NCBI GenBank assembly: GCA_963661975.1
Contig: CAVLDN010000001.1
Span: 70,150 to 134,149, forward strand
Direction: 5' to 3'
From: a bacterium
GTDB taxonomy: Bacteria > Bacillota > Clostridia > Oscillospirales > CAG-382
DNA: 64,000 nucleotides
The notes under the pieces were generated by a model that searched no databases, was not told the origin of the DNA, and saw nothing but the letters and a program-made list of their open reading frames with translations. Below are positions 54,004-62,925 of this stretch, piece after piece (position 1 is the first letter of the stretch; each line of letters opens with the position of its first letter). The translations under genes and the position numbers were made by a program.

Positions 54004-55644
54004 TTACCTCATCATATCGTTGATTCTTTTAATGACCGTTTCCCTGCCGAGTATGCTCATCACCTCGAAAAGATCGGGCGAATTGAGCCGCCCCGTCACG
54101 GCAACACGGATAAACATACTCACATCCGCAACGCTGCCCTTATAGGCATCGGTGTTGGCTTTGTATTCCTTCATATCCGGGCAGAAGCCGTGGCGCGCCG
54201 CGACATCCTTTACCGCCGCGAACCATTCGGAATTATCGGCACATTCGGTATAGTGCTCTGCATAATCGGCAAGAACTTCGTTCACCGCGGACTTTTCAAA
54301 GCTTTCGGGGATGACATCCTCGCGGGTGAAGAGCGTATCGTAGAAAAATGAAACATAGTGCTTCACTCCGCTCCACAGCGTGATATCCTTGCGCGGCTTT
54401 TTGCCGCCCCTGCCGACACCGAGTATCCGCACCGCTTTTTCGCGGTTCTCCGCCAGGAGCGCGGCAAATTCCGGATCGAATTCCTTCGCCCAGGCAAGAG
54501 TGTTTTCGTATACCTCATCCGCCGTCATACGGGAGATAACGTTTTTGGAGATATCGTTGAGCTTGTCCAGATCGAAAAGCGAACCGGATATCGGCATTTT
54601 TTTCGTTGTGAAGTTGAACTTTTCGATCGGCTGATCGGGGTTGGCGATACGCCATTCCTCGAAATTGGAATTGAGCAGCGTAAGAAGATATTCGCGCAGG
54701 GCGGGTGTCGGATAGCCTTCGGAATAATAGAATGTGAGCGCGGCTTCGGGATCCTTGCGCTTGCTGATCTTGCGCTTGTTGCCGTTATCCAGTTTAAGCA
54801 CCTGTGCGGTGTGGCAATACTTCGGCAGTTTGAATCCGAGTGCGGCGAAAAGCTGTATATGGAACGGAAGCGTGGAAAGCCAGCTTTCATCACGCACGAC
54901 ATGGGTGGTGCCCATAAGGTGATCGTCCACCGCGTGGGCGAAATGGTAGGTGGGTATGCCGTCGGATTTGAGGATGACATGGTCGATATCGTTTTCGGTG
55001 ATGTCGATCGTGCCCTTGATCATATCGTTGAACTTGAACTTGTGCGAGGAATCACCCTCCGAACGGTAGCGGAGTACAAATTGCCTGCCCTGCGCAAGCT
55101 CGGCTTCCACCTTTTCGACGGGAGCATCGCGCCAGACGGCAAATTCGCCGTAATAGCCGGGGGTGAGCTTTGCTTCCTCCTGTCGTGTGCGGATATCCTC
55201 CAGTTCCTGTTCGGAGCAGAAGCAGGGGTATGCCTTTCCTTCCCGCACGAGCTGCTTGGCATAGGTACCGTATATTTCGGCGCGTTCGCTTTGGCGGTAG
55301 GGGCCGTAATCGCCCTTGTCGCCGCCGCTGACGGCGCCTTCATCGAACTGCATACCGAGTTTGGAAAGTGTGTCGATTATAAGTTCGACGCCGTTTTCAA
55401 CGGTGCGTTTGGCATCCGTATCCTCTATGCGCAGAAAGAACACGCCGCCCGATGTATGCGCAAGCCTTTCATCGGCAAAAGCGCCGTAAAGGTTGCCGAT
55501 GTGCATAAATCCCGTGGGGCTGGGCGCAAAACGCGTGACCTTTGCCCCTTCGGGCAGCACGCGTGCCGGGTAGCGCGCCTCGATATCGGCGGGCAATGTT
55601 TTTATGTGCGGAAACAGAAGCTCTGCAAGACGGTTGTTGTCCAT
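54004..55644 (-). CDS. gltX: glutamate--tRNA ligase (long form, 546 aa)
   Basis: RFAPSPTGFMHIGN (HIGH motif), KISKRK (KMSKS motif). Confidence 0.93.
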   Translation of the reverse strand: MDNNRLAELLFPHIKTLPADIEARYPARVLPEGAKVTRFAPSPTGFMHIGNLYGAFADERLAHTSGGVFFLRIEDTDAKRTVENGVELIIDTLSKLGMQFDEGAVSGGDKGDYGPYRQSERAEIYGTYAKQLVREGKAYPCFCSEQELEDIRTRQEEAKLTPGYYGEFAVWRDAPVEKVEAELAQGRQFVLRYRSEGDSSHKFKFNDMIKGTIDITENDIDHVILKSDGIPTYHFAHAVDDHLMGTTHVVRDESWLSTLPFHIQLFAALGFKLPKYCHTAQVLKLDNGNKRKISKRKDPEAALTFYYSEGYPTPALREYLLTLLNSNFEEWRIANPDQPIEKFNFTTKKMPISGSLFDLDKLNDISKNVISRMTADEVYENTLAWAKEFDPEFAALLAENREKAVRILGVGRGGKKPRKDITLWSGVKHYVSFFYDTLFTREDVIPESFEKSAVNEVLADYAEHYTECADNSEWFAAVKDVAARHGFCPDMKEYKANTDAYKGSVADVSMFIRVAVTGRLNSPDLFEVMSILGRETVIKRINDMMR

Positions 55645-55681
55645 AACTCCTCCGTAACTGTTTCAAATAATATAATATTAT

Positions 55682-55710
55682 ATTATATCCGTGCGCGGCG
55701 GTTTTGTCAA
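55682..55710 (-). promoter_or_regulatory. consensus sigma-A promoter of gltX-glnS
   Basis: On the minus strand: TTGACA, exactly 17 nt, TATAAT. The leader is only ~30 nt, so no T-box fits. Confidence 0.65.
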
Positions 55711-55733
55711 TAGCGGCAAGGCTCTGTTTTTTG

Positions 55734-55762
55734 TTGACACGGCACCCGCGGTATGATATAAT
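55734..55762 (+). promoter_or_regulatory. consensus sigma-A promoter of the P-type ATPase gene
   Basis: TTGACA, 17-nt spacer, TGaTATAAT. Confidence 0.65.
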
Positions 55763-55802
55763 ACGAACACGGATATAAGGCATAGCAATGTGAGGTGTTA
55801 CA

Positions 55803-58406
55803 ATGAAATACTATCTTATGCCGGAAAGCGATGTCTGCCGCGAAGTCGGCTCGCAAAGAGAAGGACTTTCATCTGCGGAGGCGGAAGCACGGCTCGCAAA
55901 AAACGGCGCAAACCGGCTTGCCGAAACCGAAAAGACTCCGCTGTGGAAGCGGTTTTTAATGCAGTTTACCGACCCGATGATAATCGTCCTGCTTGCTGCG
56001 GCGCTTATCAGCCTTGTCACCGCCGCGGTTGCGGGGGAATCCATCGCCGATGTTTTCATTATACTTTTTGTCGTTCTGCTCAACGCATTTCTCGGCGTGA
56101 TGCAGGAAAGCAAGGCGGAAAAGGCGATAGATGCGCTTAAAGAAATGACAAAATCGAAATGCAAGGTCCTGCGCGACGGCGCGGTATACATTATCGAAAG
56201 CGACGGGCTTGTCGTCGGTGACATCATAATGCTCGAAGCGGGCGACTCCGTCCCCGCCGATGCGCGCCTGTTGGAAGCGGCTTCGCTCAAATGCGAGGAA
56301 TCGGCGCTTACGGGTGAATCCGTTCCCGCGGAAAAGCACGCGCGAGTTATCGAAAGCGAAACCGGCGAAATATCGCTCGGCGACCGTTACAACATGGTCT
56401 ACACCGGCACAAATGTTGTTTACGGGCGCGGCGTGGCCGTTGTCACCGCAACGGGAATGAATACCGAAATGGGGCGTATTGCCAAGGCGATAACCGATGC
56501 TTCGGAAGAAAAGACACCTTTGCAGCGCAAGCTTTCGCAGTTGAGCAAGGTGCTCACCTTTGCCGTGCTGGCGATATGCGTTATCGTATTCGCCGTTGAC
56601 CTTATCACCGCACCGGAGATAAACGGAAGAACGCTTTTAGATACCTTCATGGTTGCGGTGTCGCTCGCCGTCGCCGCGATACCGGAAGGGCTTGCCGCAG
56701 TTGTCACCATTGTGCTTTCCATCGGCGTTTCCCGCATGGCGGAGCAGAATGCCATCGTACGGAAGCTGACGGCTGTCGAAACGCTCGGCTGCACGCAGGT
56801 CATCTGCACCGATAAGACCGGCACGCTGACACAGAATAAAATGACGGTGACCGAAAGTTTCACCGGCAATACAGAGCTGCTTTCGCTGTGCGCCGCGCTT
56901 TGCAGCGATGCGACCGTCAACCCGGACGGAAGCATAACCGGCGAACCGACGGAAGCGGCGCTCGCCGCCTTCGCGCACGGCAACGGGTGTGACCGCACCG
57001 AGCTTGAAAAGGAAAGCCCGCGTATCGGCGAAGCGCCGTTTGACAGCGGCAGAAAAATGATGTCCACGCTCCACCCTGCGGGCAGCGGAGTCATTCAATA
57101 CACAAAGGGCGCACCCGATGTGATACTCGCACGGTGCACGAAATACATCTCCCCGATCGACGGAAAGATCCATGATATGGACGATGCGATGCGTGGTGTG
57201 ATGCTCGAAGCCAACCGCAAGATGGCGGATAAGGCGCTGCGCGTGATGGCCGCCGCGTTGAGGATGTATAAGAGCCTGCCCGAATTTGCCGATCCGTCGC
57301 AGATAGAATGTGAAATGACCTTTATCGGGCTTTACGGCATGATAGACCCGGTGCGCCCGGAGGTAAAAGCCGCGGTGGAGCGCTGCCGCAGGGCGGGCAT
57401 ACGCCCCGTGATGATAACCGGCGACCATGTCGACACGGCGATCGCCATCGGCAGGGAGCTCGGTATAATTTCCGACCGTTCACAGGCGCTCACCGGCGCG
57501 CAGCTCGACAAAATATCGGATGACGAACTCACGCGTGATATCGCCGAATATTCGATTTACGCCCGCGTTCAGCCCGAGCATAAGGTGCGTATCGTGAACG
57601 CATGGCGCACCGCGGGCTATATCACCGCGATGACGGGCGACGGCGTAAATGATGCCCCCTCGATCAAGAGTGCGGATATCGGAATCGGCATGGGCATAAC
57701 CGGCACCGATGTCACAAAGGGCGTTGCCGACATGATACTGAGCGACGACAACTTCGCCACGATCGTGAACGCCGCGGAGGAAGGGCGCAGGATATACGAT
57801 AACCTCCGCAAGACGATACAGTTCCTGCTTTCCTCCAACCTCAGCGAGGTGCTTTCGGTATTCGTCACATCGCTGTGCGGCATAATGCTCTTCAAGCCGA
57901 TACACATCCTTTGGATCAACCTGATAACCGACAGCCTGCCCGCGCTTGCGCTCGGAACCGAGGCGGCGGAGGTTGATGTTATGTCCCGCCCTCCGCGCGA
58001 CAGCAAGGAAAGCATTTTTGCGGGCGGCCTCGGCATAGATACGCTCTGGCAGGGCGCGGCGATATCGGCGCTCACGCTTATCTCCTACTTTATCGGGCGC
58101 GCGTGGGGCGATGTCGGCACGACATTCGCCTTTATCACCATGTCCATGACTGAAATGTTCCATTCTTTCAATATGCGCTCCCGCACAAAGAGCATATTCC
58201 GGCTCAAAACGCAAAACCGCCTGCTGTGGATAACAATGGCTTGCTCGCTGGTACTCACCGCCGCGGTCGTGTTTATCCCCTTCCTGCGCGATATATTCTC
58301 GTTTGCGGATATAGGGTTCGGCAAATTCCTTGTCGCATTCCTTATCGCCGCGGTCATCATTCCGATCTCCGAAGCGGTCAAGTATATCTTCCACCGCGGG
58401 AAATAA
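55803..58406 (+). CDS. P-type cation-transporting ATPase (Ca2+ type, P2A/P2B-like)
   Basis: 867 aa, CTDKTGTLT, TGDGVNDAPS, 10-TM layout. Confidence 0.92.
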   Translation: MKYYLMPESDVCREVGSQREGLSSAEAEARLAKNGANRLAETEKTPLWKRFLMQFTDPMIIVLLAAALISLVTAAVAGESIADVFIILFVVLLNAFLGVMQESKAEKAIDALKEMTKSKCKVLRDGAVYIIESDGLVVGDIIMLEAGDSVPADARLLEAASLKCEESALTGESVPAEKHARVIESETGEISLGDRYNMVYTGTNVVYGRGVAVVTATGMNTEMGRIAKAITDASEEKTPLQRKLSQLSKVLTFAVLAICVIVFAVDLITAPEINGRTLLDTFMVAVSLAVAAIPEGLAAVVTIVLSIGVSRMAEQNAIVRKLTAVETLGCTQVICTDKTGTLTQNKMTVTESFTGNTELLSLCAALCSDATVNPDGSITGEPTEAALAAFAHGNGCDRTELEKESPRIGEAPFDSGRKMMSTLHPAGSGVIQYTKGAPDVILARCTKYISPIDGKIHDMDDAMRGVMLEANRKMADKALRVMAAALRMYKSLPEFADPSQIECEMTFIGLYGMIDPVRPEVKAAVERCRRAGIRPVMITGDHVDTAIAIGRELGIISDRSQALTGAQLDKISDDELTRDIAEYSIYARVQPEHKVRIVNAWRTAGYITAMTGDGVNDAPSIKSADIGIGMGITGTDVTKGVADMILSDDNFATIVNAAEEGRRIYDNLRKTIQFLLSSNLSEVLSVFVTSLCGIMLFKPIHILWINLITDSLPALALGTEAAEVDVMSRPPRDSKESIFAGGLGIDTLWQGAAISALTLISYFIGRAWGDVGTTFAFITMSMTEMFHSFNMRSRTKSIFRLKTQNRLLWITMACSLVLTAAVVFIPFLRDIFSFADIGFGKFLVAFLIAAVIIPISEAVKYIFHRGK

Positions 58407-58417
58407 GCAAAACAGTT

Positions 58418-58451
58418 CGGGCTTCCGTAAAAATGCGGAAGCCCGTTTTTT
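58418..58451 (+). terminator. intrinsic terminator after the ATPase gene
   Basis: CGGGCTTCCG/CGGAAGCCCG stem followed by TTTTTT. Confidence 0.88.
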
Positions 58452-58601
58452 GTGCTTTTTGCAAGTAAATACAACTGATTTACTTTGCAATGGTGTTTTA
58501 TAGAAGATTTTTCAAAGCTGCCGTGTATGTGTAGAATAATCAATTATTTATGCACAAATTTGTTGCAAATGTTAATTAAAACAAGGCGGCTCGTATATTA
58601 A

Positions 58602-59060
58602 AATAAAGGGGTATATTCTCTCAATCTATCCGGAGGATATAGCAGCGGAAGCGGAACATCATTTGCCGCACCGATGGTGACGGCAGCGGTTGCTTTGATT
58701 GCAGCAAAAGCCACGCATTTGACACCGATTCAGATAAAGCAATATCTTATAGATAATGTCACCCCTGTTGACGGATTCGATCAATTGTGCGTTGCAGGCG
58801 GTATACTTAATATCAGTGCCACTGTTTTGGCGCTGTATAATGAAAATCGCGGCGCATATTCACGCGGCGATGTGAACGGCAACGGAACTATCGACCCGAA
58901 CGATTACCTTATCGCGAAACGCGCGTACCTCGGTACATACACGCCGACCGCAGCGGAGATAGATATTATGGATATAAACCGCAACGGTGTTGTCGATTCA
59001 AACGACTATCTTTACATTCAGAGGTACTATTTCCGCACATACTATTTCCCGCCCGTGTGA
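58602..59060 (+). pseudogene. 5'-truncated subtilisin-like (S8) peptidase remnant with an intact dockerin
   Basis: The reading frame is open only from 58602, after an in-frame TAA. It encodes ...GGYSSGSGTSFAAPMVTAAVALI (the catalytic Ser motif only, with no Asp or His regions), then the dockerin DVNGNGTIDPNDYLIAKRAYLG...DINRNGVVDSNDYLYIQRYY. No SD is evident before the ATG at 58674. Confidence 0.65.
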
Positions 59061-59101
59061 TATAATTATACAGAGATTTTATTTCAAAGGAGAGGCCAAA
59101 A

Positions 59102-59710
59102 ATGAAGAAAACCATCATATCATTTGTTTTACTTGTGTGTACGCTTTTCTCCTGCCTGATTGCTTTCCCCGCCGCGGCGGAGTGTGAGGATATACCCGCC
59201 TGGTGGCAGTACACCGTGATATTTTACCCCTCTGTTTCCGATGCCGACCGCACGGCGGCGATCGAGAAGCTGAAGGACGACTACAACAAAAAGTACAATG
59301 CCGAAATGACATATACCTTAAAGCGCGCGAGTGAGTACGGAGACTACCCGGACAGCACCGATTATGTATACATCAGATATACATACATTCTGATTGTAAC
59401 CGACTATGTACCTGACAGCCTTTCCGAGTTTGTTTCCGCCGCACGCAGGCTGCCGGAGGTGTGGTCCGTAACGGGCGACGATGTGCTTGACTCTCACCTT
59501 TACGGTGATGCGAACGAAAACCGCGTTCTCGATCTCGCGGATCTGCTTGTAATAAAGCGCATGGTGATGCAGAGCGGGGACACCTCCTTTGTGAGCCGTA
59601 CGGGAAGGGCTTATTCCGATATTGATCAAAACGGCAAGATAGACGCGGTGGATTACCTTCTTGCAAAGCGTATGTATCTCGGTACATCGGAGCTTAAATG
59701 GGTCGAATAA
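59102..59710 (+). CDS. small secreted dockerin-containing protein
   Basis: 202 aa with a signal peptide (MKKTIISFVLLVCTLFSCLIAFPAAA), a ~110-aa N-terminal domain, and the dockerin DANENRVLDLADLLVIKR...DIDQNGKIDAVDYLLAKRMYLG. Confidence 0.8.
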   Translation: MKKTIISFVLLVCTLFSCLIAFPAAAECEDIPAWWQYTVIFYPSVSDADRTAAIEKLKDDYNKKYNAEMTYTLKRASEYGDYPDSTDYVYIRYTYILIVTDYVPDSLSEFVSAARRLPEVWSVTGDDVLDSHLYGDANENRVLDLADLLVIKRMVMQSGDTSFVSRTGRAYSDIDQNGKIDAVDYLLAKRMYLGTSELKWVE

Positions 59711-59776
59711 ACGCATAAAAACACAGCCCGACGGAGCACACGCTCTGCCGGGCTTTCTTTTTGCTTTTATGCGTTT
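59711..59776. terminator. bidirectional terminator between convergent genes
   Basis: AGCCCG...CGGGCT hairpin nested in an ACGCATAAAA...TTTTATGCGT outer stem. Confidence 0.75.
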
Positions 59777-59777
59777 T

Positions 59778-61910
59778 TTATTTGGCTTTCCCATGACGGG
59801 CGGCGCGCACGGCAACGGATGCCACGGATGCAACAATACCCGCACCGAGAACGATCAAAACCGCGAGCAGCCATGTCGGGAACCTGCCGGCAGTATCCGA
59901 CGGTTCAACCGAGCCGCCCGAATTTTCGGCGGAGCTGATGATATCCGTCTTGGGATGAACCTTTACATGAACAGTGATGAGTTCGGAGGTGTTGAAGCCG
60001 TCGCTTGCGGCGACGGTGAAGCTGTCCTCGCCGGTAAAGCCGTCACGCGGTGAATAGACAAGCCTTTTATTGCCGGAAACGACAGCGGCGTCCCCGTTTT
60101 TCGGAGCATCGACAATGCTGACGGTTATATCGCCCGCAAAGGAATCGGTATCCGTGACGGTAATATCCGTGAGTATCTTGCTGTCGCCCTCATAAAGCTC
60201 GATATCGGCGGCGGAAACGACGGGCGGTTCGTTTTTGTAATTCCCTTTGATAAAGGAATATGTAATATCATACAGCCGCCGCAGGTATTTACCGCGCGCG
60301 GAGGAGACATCCGCGTGGCAAAAATCGTATATACTGCCGGGGCCGGCGCCTTGATAATAGGTTTTTAACGCGTCGGCATAGCCGTTTTTGATGCCGTAGT
60401 AAAGGTAGCTTTCGTAATTTCTGCCGGCGGTGAGATAATCGTTGCCCTTGAAGAATGACGGCTCGTTCGTTTCCATTTCCACGCCGAGACCGTATTTCGC
60501 GGCGGTTTCGGAAAATTCATCGAGCATCGGGATCTTGAAATACGGGTAGGATTCGGTAAAAGCGACATTCGGCTGCATGACAGCGGCGGAAAACCCGAGG
60601 CTTTTCCAATTTTCGATCCCGCAGGCAAGATAATATGCATCGAAAAGCGTTTTCAGCCCGCGGCGTTCGGCATACGAATTAGCGGCTTTGATAAGTTCTT
60701 CCTCATGCGTGGAGATCGTACGATCCACCGATTCCTTATACCAGTAGAAGCCCGCAAGGTAGATACGGTTATAACCCTTGCCGCGGAAAGCGGAAATACA
60801 TTTGAGCGCGTACCATTCGATTATATCCACGCGCTCGCCGAGCGTTTCGCAGTATTCATCCCTGCCGTCGCCGTTGATATCGCCAAACGGTGTGTTGCCG
60901 AGCGGCGTGGGATACGGCAATGTGAGAAACACGCCGAATTTTCCGTTTTTTCCGAGTTCGGTATAAACCTTATCAACGGTCGCTTCGAGTGTGTCGAGAT
61001 CGCCGTTTTCGGAAAAATTGCTTTCGAAATAAAGTTCCCAATCGCTCATGACCGCGCCGGGCTTGCCGTTTGTATAAACAAGGCGGCCGCCGGAGGGATA
61101 ATCCCCGTGGCAGGGCACAAGTGCCGCGGAATCGAAAAGAGTGCCGCGGATGGTGCCGTCCGTATCGAGGTATGCGATATACGGAAGCAGTTTTTCCGCC
61201 GTAAGCACGGCTTTTTCGGGTTCGGGCGCATAATAGCCGTTGTAAAGCTTGATTACATCCTTTGCGCCGCCGATATCGGTGCAATAGCCCGGAATATCGG
61301 CTGCCTTGTCGGGCGTGGGAGCTTCGGCATTATCCGAGGCATTGCGGCTGCCGTAAACGGATATTTCATCGCAATAGCAGAATACGGTACATTCAAATTC
61401 CACGCGGACATATCTTGCACGGTAAGCGGTATTGAGTTCGGCCGCGACATCGCACCTCACCGCAGTATCGGCAGTGAAATCGAAATCGACTTTTTTTACA
61501 AGCACCGTGCCGAACGCGCCCTCATCCGTCGCCAGACTCACGCGCACATAAGACGGCGCATATATGCCGGATGCTTTGGCGTGCAGAAACCCCGTACGAA
61601 CCTCGCGCACGGTACATTCCGCACCGAGGTCGAATTCGACGATCCTGCTGCCGCCGCGGTAGGCACGGTACCACCCGGCAGAACTTTCGGAGGTGAGCGC
61701 CGTCACCGAATCGGTAAGCTGACCGGCATCCGTATCGAACACAATGCCGTTTTCGACATAGTTTGCATAGGATTCGGATATCGGCTCGCCGGTCTTTACG
61801 GTATACGGCAGACCGGCAACAAGATTTTCGGTTTCCGCGGCCGCGGTCATGGGCAGCATCGCCGTGAAAATCATGATAATTATCAGCAAGCCCGAAATAG
61901 CGGCACGCAT
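59778..61910 (-). CDS. membrane-anchored surface protein: discoidin-like N-terminal module, DUF4855-like central domain, Ig/cadherin-like domain, C-terminal TM anchor
   Basis: Start at ATG 61910, 1 nt after the upstream stop. Signal peptide MRAAISGLLIIIMIFTAMLPMTAAA. Central LAGFYWYKESVD...AYYLACGIENW. C-terminal TM WLLAVLIVLGAGIVASVASVAV. The DUF4855 assignment is from memory. Confidence 0.7.
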   Translation of the reverse strand: MRAAISGLLIIIMIFTAMLPMTAAAETENLVAGLPYTVKTGEPISESYANYVENGIVFDTDAGQLTDSVTALTSESSAGWYRAYRGGSRIVEFDLGAECTVREVRTGFLHAKASGIYAPSYVRVSLATDEGAFGTVLVKKVDFDFTADTAVRCDVAAELNTAYRARYVRVEFECTVFCYCDEISVYGSRNASDNAEAPTPDKAADIPGYCTDIGGAKDVIKLYNGYYAPEPEKAVLTAEKLLPYIAYLDTDGTIRGTLFDSAALVPCHGDYPSGGRLVYTNGKPGAVMSDWELYFESNFSENGDLDTLEATVDKVYTELGKNGKFGVFLTLPYPTPLGNTPFGDINGDGRDEYCETLGERVDIIEWYALKCISAFRGKGYNRIYLAGFYWYKESVDRTISTHEEELIKAANSYAERRGLKTLFDAYYLACGIENWKSLGFSAAVMQPNVAFTESYPYFKIPMLDEFSETAAKYGLGVEMETNEPSFFKGNDYLTAGRNYESYLYYGIKNGYADALKTYYQGAGPGSIYDFCHADVSSARGKYLRRLYDITYSFIKGNYKNEPPVVSAADIELYEGDSKILTDITVTDTDSFAGDITVSIVDAPKNGDAAVVSGNKRLVYSPRDGFTGEDSFTVAASDGFNTSELITVHVKVHPKTDIISSAENSGGSVEPSDTAGRFPTWLLAVLIVLGAGIVASVASVAVRAARHGKAK

Positions 61911-61911
61911 T

Positions 61912-62925
61912 TTACTCCTCCGTGATATATTTATAATACAATTCCGCAATAAGCTTATGCCCCGCAATGTTCGGATGCGGGTCAAGCATCATTCCCGAAA
62001 CGAGGTCCAATCCCGCGTTTGTAAGTGTTTCATTGCTCGCGGCAAAGGCAGCGCAGACATCGAGAACCGCATATCCGCAATCCGCCGAACCGTTGATCGC
62101 GCGGTTCAGCGCGCCGACCGCCGCATCGGAATATTCACCGAGCGGAAGCGCGGCTTCCACGAGCGGCAGGCTGATATTCATCCCGATGTACGGGCTGTAA
62201 ACCGTTTGTACGATTACTTTCGCGTTCGGCTCGATTCCCTTGATAAGCGCATATATTTCGCGCAGTTCGGTGCTCAGGCCGGCATACGCTTTGTCGATAA
62301 GCGCTTTGTAATCGCTGCCCTCGAAAACCGCATTTGCACCGGAAATAAGCGTTTCCAGCCGCTTTATTACGGGATTGTTCTCCGCAGGCGACTCGGCGCC
62401 GAGAAGCAGTTTTGCATAATCGGAAAAAAGAGTACCCGAACCGCCCATCGAAAGAAGCTCCGAAAACCCTTCGAGCGACGAAAGCCCCTGCAGGATATTG
62501 TTTCCGCCGATGCTCACGAGCACGTAGTCCGCACCGCGCAGACCTTCCGTGAACTCGCCCGAGCGCAGCCTTTCGCAAAGACCGCCGCCGGTGAGCCCGT
62601 CGATACCGTAGTTGACGACCGAAACGGTATCAAAGCGTTCGCCGAGCATTGTTTCGAGGCGGGCGGAAAATCTGTCGCCCTCGATATCCGGGAGCCCGTA
62701 GCCGTGTGCGATCGAATCGCCGAGTACTGCGATTCGTACGCTCTCGCCGAGCCTGCCCGAAACGGGCAGAGCGGAGCTTTCCGCGGCGCTCGAAGCCTGC
62801 TCCGGCGCGGACGAAGCCGCATCGGAGCCGTTGCCCGAAATATTACCCGTATCTCCGCCCGTGCCGCAGGCAAACAGAAACGCGCACATCAACGCGGAGG
62901 CAATAAGAGCGACGGATTTTTTCAT
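61912..62925 (-). CDS. SGNH/GDSL hydrolase family lipoprotein
   Basis: 337 aa, lipoprotein signal MKKSVALIASALMCAFLFAC, block I IAVLGDSIAHGYG, block V DPHPNIAGH. Confidence 0.85.
   Translation of the reverse strand: MKKSVALIASALMCAFLFACGTGGDTGNISGNGSDAASSAPEQASSAAESSALPVSGRLGESVRIAVLGDSIAHGYGLPDIEGDRFSARLETMLGERFDTVSVVNYGIDGLTGGGLCERLRSGEFTEGLRGADYVLVSIGGNNILQGLSSLEGFSELLSMGGSGTLFSDYAKLLLGAESPAENNPVIKRLETLISGANAVFEGSDYKALIDKAYAGLSTELREIYALIKGIEPNAKVIVQTVYSPYIGMNISLPLVEAALPLGEYSDAAVGALNRAINGSADCGYAVLDVCAAFAASNETLTNAGLDLVSGMMLDPHPNIAGHKLIAELYYKYITEE

Noticed and set aside
55645-55681. T-box leaders upstream of gltX-glnS (and upstream of alaS at 33368-33389).
   Set aside because: The distances between promoter and start codon are ~30 nt and 22 nt, far too short for a T-box (about 200 nt or more).
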